From IMG/VR virus record IMGVR_UViG_3300002225_000004: a DNA stretch of 64,000 nucleotides. One strand, written 5' to 3'. This stretch comes from a virus. A program made the translations under genes and the position numbers. The notes under the pieces were generated by a model that made no database searches, was not told the DNA's origin, and was given only the letters and a program-made list of their open reading frames with translations. The number at the start of each line of letters is the position of its first letter. The stretch's first letter is position 1. Positions 36,501 through 44,930 of this stretch are shown here, in pieces.

Positions 36501-38276
36501 TTATTTAATTGGTTGACCGTTAAGAATGTAATAAGAAAAGTCATCCTTGATCTCATAGCTCACCGAGATCGAAGTCTTCTCTTCTTGGTAAACGGATGTT
36601 TCTAATGTGTGGGCGCTTCCTGCGCGAATGAATGAGTCTAAGTGTAGCGGTCCGGTAAATTCAATACGATCTTGAATCCACAAGAATGAATCCCTCTCCT
36701 TGCATCGGTTAAAGTTTACACCCGGAAGGTTGACTTGTGATCTGGTTTGCGGTCTTGATGTTACTGGGGTGATAGACCCATTGGCTTCTCTGGTGTATGA
36801 ATCACCTACTTTATGGGTGGTGGTAAAGTAGTCAATCCACCTTCCTGTATCCTCCTTGCGTGCCGCCATCTTGATAGTGATGTCGCGGTTGAATGGCCTC
36901 AGTGAATAGAACTTCGTCCCTTCCTTCTTGAGAGAAAACCTTTCCTTAAAATCATATCCCTTCGTCTCGATCCATCCCTCGATCTCCACACGTTTTCCTT
37001 CACTATTGATGTCGAAGGAGGAGTTGCGAACCATTCTGTAAAGGCGGTTGATTCCGTCGATGTCGAATGAATGAATAAAGAGTTGGTCTCCTTCATTTGG
37101 TGATTTGACTGAGGACACACACCAAGGTCGGACCCCGGTAATTAGAGATTCATACCTGCGTGGAGCCGCTTCTTGATTCGCATAGATTGCAGCCGGATGA
37201 AATGAAATCAATCCTCCCCAATATACGCGCTGCTCATCATCCTGCTGCGGTGCAACTGTTGTGAAGAGACGACTATTCCATGAGCGGGTATAACACTTGT
37301 CAAGCATCCACTCTGTATCATGCTCAAGCCAATAGGAAGCTTCGATAGATTCACTAACGATTCCATCCATCTGAGCAAACTGATACTGTGATTGCTTCAG
37401 GTCCGCAATACCAAATTGAGAGTTGCGGAAGTAGACATTAGTCCCGAACGCCTCAAAGGAATACGAGCTAGATGCATTCAGTCCCTCTACTGTCTGGGTA
37501 ACCTTTCCTACCCTAGATCCTTGTGATGCCCATGTATTCCTGTCACCCCTTACATCTACTGAATAGATATTATTCCTAGTCGAGAACATTAAGGCTCCAC
37601 CCTCCGCGTATTCCAGCATGACTTTCTGCTTTCCTACGGCTGTGATAGTATCTTGATTCTCTGGTGGGGAGAACCCATAGATTCCTGTCAATCCATGTTC
37701 CTTGATTCCTACTGGGTTTCCATAGTCTGAAGCATAGATAATATTTCCTTTATCGTTTGAATAGAAGAATCTATTCTGGACATACACACCCATCTTGCCG
37801 GGACCGATCTCATTATTTGATGGATCAGTTCTTCGGATAGAATTAGCCGTCACATACAGAGGGAGGTTCACGCCGTTATTGACAATAGCACCATTGGGAA
37901 CCCTGCAAACCCAATGCTTGTCAGTAACTTGATTTGGGGAATTAGCATTTAAGACTTCGGCAGCAAACGTAGATTTGTTTACCGGAGTTAACTTAAACAC
38001 GTAACCATCTACTACAACCAACAAGTAGTATTTCCCTTTGTCCGTGAACCATCCCTCTGCTGAGATGTGACCCTTCTCATACAGAAGCTTATCCTTTGAG
38101 CTTCTGTATGTGATGAATTGATAATGTATTCCGTCTCTATGTCTGACTCCTCCAAGTGATCTTGGGATGAAAACATTGCACGCCCTTGAATATTGCAAGT
38201 CAGATATATCTACCGGGGATCGACTTGTGTCCATCCCTCCGATCCAGCTCGCAGTCCCATCACTCAGTTGATTCAT
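36501..38276 (-). CDS. Tail tubular B / packaged-DNA stabilisation-like beta-propeller protein
   Basis: N-terminal GGMDT...GG..R.G pattern; beta-rich; podovirus synteny. Confidence 0.6.
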   Translation of the reverse strand: MNQLSDGTASWIGGMDTSRSPVDISDLQYSRACNVFIPRSLGGVRHRDGIHYQFITYRSSKDKLLYEKGHISAEGWFTDKGKYYLLVVVDGYVFKLTPVNKSTFAAEVLNANSPNQVTDKHWVCRVPNGAIVNNGVNLPLYVTANSIRRTDPSNNEIGPGKMGVYVQNRFFYSNDKGNIIYASDYGNPVGIKEHGLTGIYGFSPPENQDTITAVGKQKVMLEYAEGGALMFSTRNNIYSVDVRGDRNTWASQGSRVGKVTQTVEGLNASSSYSFEAFGTNVYFRNSQFGIADLKQSQYQFAQMDGIVSESIEASYWLEHDTEWMLDKCYTRSWNSRLFTTVAPQQDDEQRVYWGGLISFHPAAIYANQEAAPRRYESLITGVRPWCVSSVKSPNEGDQLFIHSFDIDGINRLYRMVRNSSFDINSEGKRVEIEGWIETKGYDFKERFSLKKEGTKFYSLRPFNRDITIKMAARKEDTGRWIDYFTTTHKVGDSYTREANGSITPVTSRPQTRSQVNLPGVNFNRCKERDSFLWIQDRIEFTGPLHLDSFIRAGSAHTLETSVYQEEKTSISVSYEIKDDFSYYILNGQPIK

Positions 38277-39412
38277 TACATCATCACCCCTTGCAACTTA
38301 GCTTGCAAGAAATACTTGCCGTTAGTATAAGATTCTGTCTCCAAGTCCAATGTGATTTGGCGAGTAGTTTTGTCCACTGGGACAGTGACCATGACTGAGG
38401 ATGTGCCATATGCCTTGGTGTAGCTATAGACCTGACCTTCAACCGTCCCGTTAATTTTCAGTGTGGCTTGCGCTCCATAGTTCAATCCTTGCGTTGCGCC
38501 TAGATCAATCTTCAAGATGGCGTAGAAGTCTCTTCCGATATTAAGATCATTAAGCGATGTGATGTTAAGGTCGAGAGTGAAGCTCTTGGTGTCACCGTCA
38601 TTAACTTTAATCCATGAGCTTGGATCATTGTAATCCGTGCCAAGACTAGCAAGGATGTCAAATGACGGAGCCCAAGTGTATTGTTGCGCAGGTGTTGATA
38701 GGGAATCCAGCTCCGCTCTCGACACTTCATGTGTAGCCGGATCAATAATCAGGACTTGCTTTCCTGTAGTAGCGATCTTCCTGAGATTGGAGAAGTATGG
38801 GATTCCGTTCTTGAACCAGTTTCCAATAACTCTCTTGATGCACTTAGTGAATCCTGGGTTAGCGGAATCAGCTCTAGTCCATCCAGTCATTTGCTGTTCG
38901 GCAGATGTGCTACCTTCCTCAGTCAATGACGGAGCGCAAATCTCCTCGATAGACGATAGATCATTTGATAGCTTTTCTGCTTGCTCCTCGTCGGTTAGGC
39001 AGTCAGGCGAGTCAATCACTACGATTGCCTCATTCTTCCTGATAATCGTTCCTGCCGTTGGGTTCCTGAACACCGCAGAACCATTAGAGCAAATGCCTTT
39101 TACAGTAAGCTCGTTTACATTGATTGCTACGATTTGCACCCGTGCTTCCGAGTCGGTAAATTGAATCCACTCTCCAACGGAATAGATAGATCCATCACAT
39201 ACCAACACTGGAACAGAATCAGTATCAGGAAACGCGAAGTCAGCAAGAAGCAGATCATAAGTAGAGTCTGACTTCTGGCAATCTTCTGTCTGAGTTTGAA
39301 CCGCTCCGGGTGGTCCGCATTTGGACGCAGACTTACTCGTAGCTTTAACCATCAGAAACTCCTCATTGTCAGGAGGTGTTACATTAGGGTCATTACATCC
39401 ACAATTGCTCAT
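38276..39412 (-). CDS. Cys-rich structural or tail protein
   Basis: MSNCGC...; beta-rich C-terminal domain. Confidence 0.55.
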   Translation of the reverse strand: MSNCGCNDPNVTPPDNEEFLMVKATSKSASKCGPPGAVQTQTEDCQKSDSTYDLLLADFAFPDTDSVPVLVCDGSIYSVGEWIQFTDSEARVQIVAINVNELTVKGICSNGSAVFRNPTAGTIIRKNEAIVVIDSPDCLTDEEQAEKLSNDLSSIEEICAPSLTEEGSTSAEQQMTGWTRADSANPGFTKCIKRVIGNWFKNGIPYFSNLRKIATTGKQVLIIDPATHEVSRAELDSLSTPAQQYTWAPSFDILASLGTDYNDPSSWIKVNDGDTKSFTLDLNITSLNDLNIGRDFYAILKIDLGATQGLNYGAQATLKINGTVEGQVYSYTKAYGTSSVMVTVPVDKTTRQITLDLETESYTNGKYFLQAKLQGVMM

Positions 39413-39424
39413 AATTAAATAATA

Positions 39425-39655
39425 TTATTTTTTGTCCGGCTGGTATTTGCATCCTGTCTTTTCAACGAGTGACCTCTGAACATCAGTAGTTAATGCAATT
39501 ACCATCTTTGCTAAATCTCTATTTTCTTCGTCCTTAGTCTTAACTTGTTCAATCAGTGACGCTTTATCAGATTGGAGGGACCGAATCCAAAAGAACAATG
39601 CAACCATCGCGCCTCCTGAGCCAGTAACTAAACTTACCATCTGCCCAGTATCCAT
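39425..39655 (-). CDS. Holin-like small membrane protein
   Basis: One TM helix then coiled coil; next to the endolysin. Confidence 0.5.
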   Translation of the reverse strand: MDTGQMVSLVTGSGGAMVALFFWIRSLQSDKASLIEQVKTKDEENRDLAKMVIALTTDVQRSLVEKTGCKYQPDKK

Positions 39656-39659
39656 ATAT

Positions 39660-39968
39660 TTAGTCGATCATGTTTAACTTCTCTTTGATTGATTCCAAGT
39701 CTGATAATGCTAATCCCATCTGAAAATGAAGTTCTCTTATCTCGTTAGAGATATGATTAAATCTTTCATCTGATACATCCTTAGACATGAACTTACTTTC
39801 GTCTACTGTTTGTCTTGCGTGGTGAGCCTCTTCGTCTTTAAGGTGTTTTGAAAAACTCTCCAGTGTTTCCTCTTTGAACTTCTCGTTATCTGATTGGAAC
39901 ATCAACAGCATGTTGCCATTGAGGACCAACAATAAAACCGCTAAAATGTATGGGGCAAATGAATTCAT
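39660..39968 (-). CDS. Membrane-anchored coiled-coil protein (lysis module)
   Basis: N-terminal TM helix and heptads. Confidence 0.5.
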   Translation of the reverse strand: MNSFAPYILAVLLLVLNGNMLLMFQSDNEKFKEETLESFSKHLKDEEAHHARQTVDESKFMSKDVSDERFNHISNEIRELHFQMGLALSDLESIKEKLNMID

Positions 39969-40669
39969 TTAATATAAGTATGGATTGCCTGCGCATATAG
40001 ATCCGCTAGATCAACCACCCCCTCATCAGTCATGTATTTATTTACCTCACTTTGATTGCTTCCGAAGAACGGTTCGCAAATGACTGCCGGGCATTTTGTC
40101 TTCTTGCAAAACAACGCCCCTCTGCTCTTGTTGTTCAAGGGTTTAACACCCCTGTTTAAAGCTGATGGGAAGATTGTCTTGTGGGTCTCTGATAGCGCAA
40201 GGGCTAGGCTTTTTGCTTTTTCGCTAGAGTGCCAATAAAGATATTCGTATCCTAACGCTTCACTGTTATACGAGTTAAAGTGAAGCTCGATTGCTAATGT
40301 GATATTCCGCTCATCGAGGTAGCGACTCAGCCATTCCATTGCTGCGCCATAAGATGAATGCTTATATTCATCCACGATGATAGAACTGATCCCAAGAGAA
40401 TCTAGGTTTTCCTTTACCTTTACAGCTACCCTCTTATTAAAATCTTCTTCATAAATACCGCTGACTGACACCGCCCCCTTATCCCCTCCTCTTGAGTGAC
40501 CAATGCATATGGCTATGCTTTGTTTGGAATGTCTAATGCTTTGGTGGCACGGCTTAGACTTGGGGATTTTTTCGTCAATAAGCCCAAGCAACAAATCAGA
40601 AACATCTGAAGTGATGTTGGGCGAATCAACTACTTGTTGACGGGCGGTTGCCAGCAGCGAAGTATTCAT
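39965..40669 (-). CDS. Endolysin, N-acetylmuramoyl-L-alanine amidase (Amidase_3)
   Basis: IGHS...E..N..VA, IELHFNS, G.E, PAVICEPFF. Confidence 0.9.
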   Translation of the reverse strand: MNTSLLATARQQVVDSPNITSDVSDLLLGLIDEKIPKSKPCHQSIRHSKQSIAICIGHSRGGDKGAVSVSGIYEEDFNKRVAVKVKENLDSLGISSIIVDEYKHSSYGAAMEWLSRYLDERNITLAIELHFNSYNSEALGYEYLYWHSSEKAKSLALALSETHKTIFPSALNRGVKPLNNKSRGALFCKKTKCPAVICEPFFGSNQSEVNKYMTDEGVVDLADLYAQAIHTYIK

Positions 40670-40674
40670 AGGAA

Positions 40675-40962
40675 TTAGGTAAACTCTAATGCATTGACCA
40701 CCAACTCATCACATGAGTTAATATCAGGCATCGTGTTTGGATCTATTCCGGCGGTGTAAGCTGCAACGTAAAACTTAACGTATGCATTCTTACGACATTC
40801 AGTAACCTTCAAGTGACTGGGTGAGCAGTCTGGGCTAAGGATAGCGTATTTACCTTCTTCTTCTCCGTTGTTTACTACCAACTTTACAAGCAGGTTGTAA
40901 TACAATTGATATAGCGGAAAGTAAAACTCCGAGTCTTGGTGGGATGTAATTACTCTGTTCAT
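40675..40962 (-). CDS. Hypothetical protein
   Basis: ORF downstream of the capsid gene. Confidence 0.6.
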   Translation of the reverse strand: MNRVITSHQDSEFYFPLYQLYYNLLVKLVVNNGEEEGKYAILSPDCSPSHLKVTECRKNAYVKFYVAAYTAGIDPNTMPDINSCDELVVNALEFT

Positions 40963-40988
40963 AAAAATAATATTATTTAAAGTGGTTG

Positions 40989-41018
40989 AGGGGCGCTCAG
41001 TATTACTTGAGCGCCCCT
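40989..41018 (-). terminator. Stable hairpin after the capsid gene
   Basis: 11-bp stem AGGGGCGCTCA/TGAGCGCCCCT; no immediate U-tract; palindrome 10 nt further on. Confidence 0.55.
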
Positions 41019-41029
41019 ATGTGAACAGA

Positions 41030-43120
41030 TTAACTGGAGCTAGAGCTAGAGCTGGAGCTAGTGCTGGAACTAGAGCTAGAGCTTGCACTATTAGATCCAC
41101 CTGCGCAAGACACTCCCATTGCCGCCTGAGTCTCGAAGGCAGAACAGGCGAAGCCTTCTACTACCGAAGAGATCTGGTAAGTGTATTGCTCATGGTTTGC
41201 CACAGCAAGAGTTCCTGCCGTAGTTCCAAGAACTACACCGTCTGCATCGTAGTAAGACACAGTGACCGGATCACCGACTTCGCATCCAATTGGCGAATCA
41301 ACGATGACTTGAATGTCTCCAGCGAGAACCTCATAGCCTTCGTCAGACTCATCCCAACAGTTGATGACGTTAGCTTGCAGTGGAGTGCTGTCCTCGCAGA
41401 CAATACCCTTAATGCAGTGGCCTTCACCAAGATCCTCCTGAGTTTCCACCAAGTGGTAGTTCTCTGGATGAGCGAACTTGTTAGCCTTAACAACACCGGT
41501 GACCTGACGATCATATGCACCTTCTTCATCGTAAACGAAGAGGGTAACATTAGATCCGCAGTCACAGCCAAGTGAGTTAAATCCTGGAGATAGAGCCTTA
41601 TGCTCAACCTTAACCCAGAAGAGATAAGGCGCAGACTCTCCATTACCACAAGCGGCGGCAGAACAAACAACCTGCTTAGTGTCAGATTGGGCAGTGATAG
41701 AATCATCAGCACGACGCTTGTTGTCTTCGCAACCGATAGGCGTAAACGCACAGTCAACGGTGTTCGGCTCGACCGGGAAGATCGGAGCAAGATCACAATC
41801 GTTCAGAGGCTTGAGGCGGAACTTACGACGACGGAACAGAACACCCAAAGAGGAGTCCGGGTTGTCCATCATGAAGCCCATCTCATAACGCTTCTTGGAG
41901 AATGGCTTGTTCAGATCCTCGTTACAATCCTTATCATAGTCGTTACGGATCATCCAATCTCCGCCACCAGTGATAGCTTGGATTGGGAACCCTGCACCGG
42001 AATGGGTAAGGTCAGGACGACGAAGGATCTTGCCTTGATCCGGCGAAGGAGACATAGCAATGCCGAACGGAGCATTCTCAAAGTTACGCGCACCAACTGC
42101 TTCTGATCCAACTTCGATAGGCACGTTCTCATGGGTATCAACCATGATAAGCCCTCCTTGAGTAGACTCAGTGAAGCGAGGAAGCCAAGGCATACAACGC
42201 ATGGCCCAGTTTCCAATAACCTCACGGGCATTAGGATTCTGAGAGTAACCAGCGAAGAGATTGGAAGGCATCATAACCTTCAGCTTCTCCATGTAGTCTG
42301 GGTTATGAATTGCTTCAGCCTGATACCAGTCATCTGGATACCAGAATTCAAAGATCAACTCACCACGCCCACCAGTGGCAACGTGATTGCTTTTCGGGAA
42401 CTGTGTCCAGTGGCGCGATACAATATCAAGGATGTCAGTCGTGAGAGGCAAGACATCGTTGAGGTTTGTAGGACGCGGGAACAACTCCTCCATGTAGTTG
42501 TAAGCGAATCCACGGAAAGGGTTCCGAGGGTTATCGTTCGCAATAGGAACAAGATTGTTATTCGCGTCACGCTCACCCTGAAGCAAGACCTTATGGCCAA
42601 GAGTCCGAATAGCGGAGAAGGTATAGAAGAGGTTGATAACAGCCTCATCCATAAGTTCACGCCCACGAATGATCTTACGAGCCCAGTCGTAGAAGTCCTT
42701 GATGTGGCGAATGTTTGCGATGCAATCGCGAGGTGTCTTAAGTCCCCACTTGAACATCGAAATGTCAGGGAGGGTTCCGCGTCCACCTTCTGGAACGTCG
42801 CAGTAAGTAGTGTCACACTCATTAGCGAGGTTAGGATCACACACCTGCATCGTCTTGACGAAGTGAGAGAACGTGAGAGGGATGTAAGGATCGGTATAGA
42901 ACTCACGCTTGAGGTTCTGCCCTTGTCCATCTTCCCATACTTCCGTTCCGAAGAATCCGGTGAAATAGTTACATCCACCTGCTGGATTCTGGAACAAACG
43001 CTGCTCAACCTTTTCGTTAAACTTGACGTTTGTGTGCGTAGAAGTGACGAGTTCGCTGACCTGATTCGGGTCGCGGAAGTCACATGCAATCAATGCTGCT
43101 TTGTATTCTTCTGAAGTCAT
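41030..43120 (-). CDS. Major capsid protein with C-terminal extension and poly-Ser tail
   Basis: Follows portal and scaffold; own promoter; biased codons; ends SSSSSSSTSSSSSSSS. Confidence 0.7.
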   Translation of the reverse strand: MTSEEYKAALIACDFRDPNQVSELVTSTHTNVKFNEKVEQRLFQNPAGGCNYFTGFFGTEVWEDGQGQNLKREFYTDPYIPLTFSHFVKTMQVCDPNLANECDTTYCDVPEGGRGTLPDISMFKWGLKTPRDCIANIRHIKDFYDWARKIIRGRELMDEAVINLFYTFSAIRTLGHKVLLQGERDANNNLVPIANDNPRNPFRGFAYNYMEELFPRPTNLNDVLPLTTDILDIVSRHWTQFPKSNHVATGGRGELIFEFWYPDDWYQAEAIHNPDYMEKLKVMMPSNLFAGYSQNPNAREVIGNWAMRCMPWLPRFTESTQGGLIMVDTHENVPIEVGSEAVGARNFENAPFGIAMSPSPDQGKILRRPDLTHSGAGFPIQAITGGGDWMIRNDYDKDCNEDLNKPFSKKRYEMGFMMDNPDSSLGVLFRRRKFRLKPLNDCDLAPIFPVEPNTVDCAFTPIGCEDNKRRADDSITAQSDTKQVVCSAAACGNGESAPYLFWVKVEHKALSPGFNSLGCDCGSNVTLFVYDEEGAYDRQVTGVVKANKFAHPENYHLVETQEDLGEGHCIKGIVCEDSTPLQANVINCWDESDEGYEVLAGDIQVIVDSPIGCEVGDPVTVSYYDADGVVLGTTAGTLAVANHEQYTYQISSVVEGFACSAFETQAAMGVSCAGGSNSASSSSSSSTSSSSSSSSS

Positions 43121-43274
43121 TTGTCTATTACTTGAATGCTATGAAAAATAATATTATTTATTCTTCCCGTTGTCGGCTTGCCGGACCTGACACTCTATGG
43201 CATTCAACATTCTCCTCCGCGACGAGTAAGACAAATGGGATAACAGCTTCCCGATGCTGAACTGACTATGCTGA

Positions 43275-43303
43275 ATACTACTATATCTGCTAGTATTTGT
43301 CAA
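43275..43303 (-). promoter_or_regulatory. Sigma70-type promoter for the capsid gene
   Basis: TTGACA-17 nt-TAGTAT with AT-rich upstream element. Confidence 0.75.
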
Positions 43304-43327
43304 CCTTTTATTTAATTATTTTAAGCA

Positions 43328-43359
43328 TAAAAAACCCCGACCCAATCAAGGGCCGGGGT
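43328..43359 (-). terminator. Intrinsic terminator after the scaffold gene
   Basis: ACCCCGGCCC-ttgatt-GGGTCGGGGT followed by TTTTT. Confidence 0.8.
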
Positions 43360-43375
43360 AAATAATATTATTTAT

Positions 43376-44599
43376 TTACATGTCGATCCAGTCGCCGGTA
43401 TCCTTGACGGTCTTTGATCCTTTTCCTTTGGAGTCGTCCCCGTCCTCTTCTTCTTGGGACTTCTTCCACTCAAGCAGCTCTTTGTATTTAGCTGCCATCT
43501 CATCAAACAGTTTAGCTTTGACTGTCCTTTGAGTTAGGATGTCATATGTTGGGACATTAGATACGTCATCAAACAATGACTCATTCTCTTGGAACACAGC
43601 TCTGAACTCTTTCTCAATCTCCTCTTTGGTCTTGAAGTCCTCGACTAGATCCATGTTAAATGATCGGAGCCCTTTGATTGCTCCAGCCCTACGCTCATCC
43701 TTGCCCTGCTTAATCTCAAGCAACCGCTTCTCCTCATCAAGCTTTCCGCCACGATCAGCGGCATCCTTCTTTTCTGTTTGCCATGTCTTATAGGCTTCAC
43801 CCATTTTGACATCAACCTTCTTGAACTTGCGGTATGATTCAGACACTGCGGCTACTGATGGAGCCTCATACTTCTCGCCTGACTCAGCCTCAAACTCCTT
43901 ACCGAACTTGGTAAGCATCTGCTTGATCTTCATCGAGGTGAGCGAGCTTGACTTCATAAGCTCATTATGAAACTTACGAGTAGCCAATGGAGCTAAGACT
44001 TCTGCCGAATCAGGATCAATGTTTGCAATCTCAACCTGCAAGTCTGCCGCCACCGCTTTAAGCGGCTCGACATATTGATCGTTGAAGTCTTTGCTTGAGC
44101 GAATGTCGAGATCCTTAATGCGAGAGTCTCGATCACTAAGCTCCTTCTCCATTTCCTCAACCTTCTTCTTCGACTCCTTAGCTTCATCAAGGAAGGCAAT
44201 GACTGCATCCTCAGTGGGGATGTCATCCTTGAATTGCTCTCCAATGAATGCTCCAATCTGCTTAATGATTCCAACATCAAGATCGCCAATTGCGCTAGTG
44301 AATGAATCATTGGTTGTCTTCAGATCATCCCTTTGCTTCCGCAATTCAGCAAGTGATTCCTCTTTGGTCGGTTTCTTTTTGACCGTCTTCTTTTTCTCTC
44401 CAAACGTGAAGCCGTCGTCATCGTCATCGTCTTTTTTCTTTTTCGCAGCCGCTGCCCTCGCTGCCTCAGCCGCTTCTTCAGCTTCCTTTTCTTTGGCTAT
44501 TTCTTCTGGCGATTTCTCAAGCGTCTTTACTGCGGGCTCATCAAGAACTCCTACGTCTAAGTTCTTGTCAAAATCAAAGGTGTCATCTTCTGGTGTCAT
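43376..44599 (-). CDS. Putative capsid scaffolding protein
   Basis: Highly charged coiled coil between portal and capsid. Confidence 0.65.
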   Translation of the reverse strand: MTPEDDTFDFDKNLDVGVLDEPAVKTLEKSPEEIAKEKEAEEAAEAARAAAAKKKKDDDDDDGFTFGEKKKTVKKKPTKEESLAELRKQRDDLKTTNDSFTSAIGDLDVGIIKQIGAFIGEQFKDDIPTEDAVIAFLDEAKESKKKVEEMEKELSDRDSRIKDLDIRSSKDFNDQYVEPLKAVAADLQVEIANIDPDSAEVLAPLATRKFHNELMKSSSLTSMKIKQMLTKFGKEFEAESGEKYEAPSVAAVSESYRKFKKVDVKMGEAYKTWQTEKKDAADRGGKLDEEKRLLEIKQGKDERRAGAIKGLRSFNMDLVEDFKTKEEIEKEFRAVFQENESLFDDVSNVPTYDILTQRTVKAKLFDEMAAKYKELLEWKKSQEEEDGDDSKGKGSKTVKDTGDWIDM

Positions 44600-44607
44600 G
44601 GTATTGT

Positions 44608-44922
44608 TTAGTTAAATGGATCTTCTTCTTCTTGCGGGAGTTCGTCCTCGTTGTCAGTAGTTACAGCTTGATGGCTTCTCACTACCGACTCAATATCCAT
44701 CATTAGAACCATACCTTGCAGCTTGCCAAGCAAAGCTCTATTTCTTTCGTCCGAGTCTGTGCTTGGGTTAGACCCCCTTAACTCATTAATCATTAGAATG
44801 TTAAGTGATTCTCTCCATTCCTTTGATCCGGCTACGTCGTAGAACGGGTGAACTTTTCCTGTCGGTCCCGGCTTAATACTGGGCAGGTCTTTCAGATCGA
44901 TTCGATCAATTGCATGGTCCAT
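44608..44922 (-). CDS. Hypothetical head-module protein
   Basis: Small ORF between portal and scaffold. Confidence 0.65.
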   Translation of the reverse strand: MDHAIDRIDLKDLPSIKPGPTGKVHPFYDVAGSKEWRESLNILMINELRGSNPSTDSDERNRALLGKLQGMVLMMDIESVVRSHQAVTTDNEDELPQEEEDPFN

Positions 44923-44930
44923 AAATAATA

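Noticed and set aside
41034-41090. AGCTAG/AGCTGG microsatellite as a phase-variation switch
   Set aside because: Imperfect hexamer in frame at the gene end; fully explained by Ser-Ser codons
40982-43114. Plus-strand ORFs 40982, 41600, 42131 and 42355 (including RARAGA repeats)
   Set aside because: Antisense shadows of the capsid gene and its Ser codons
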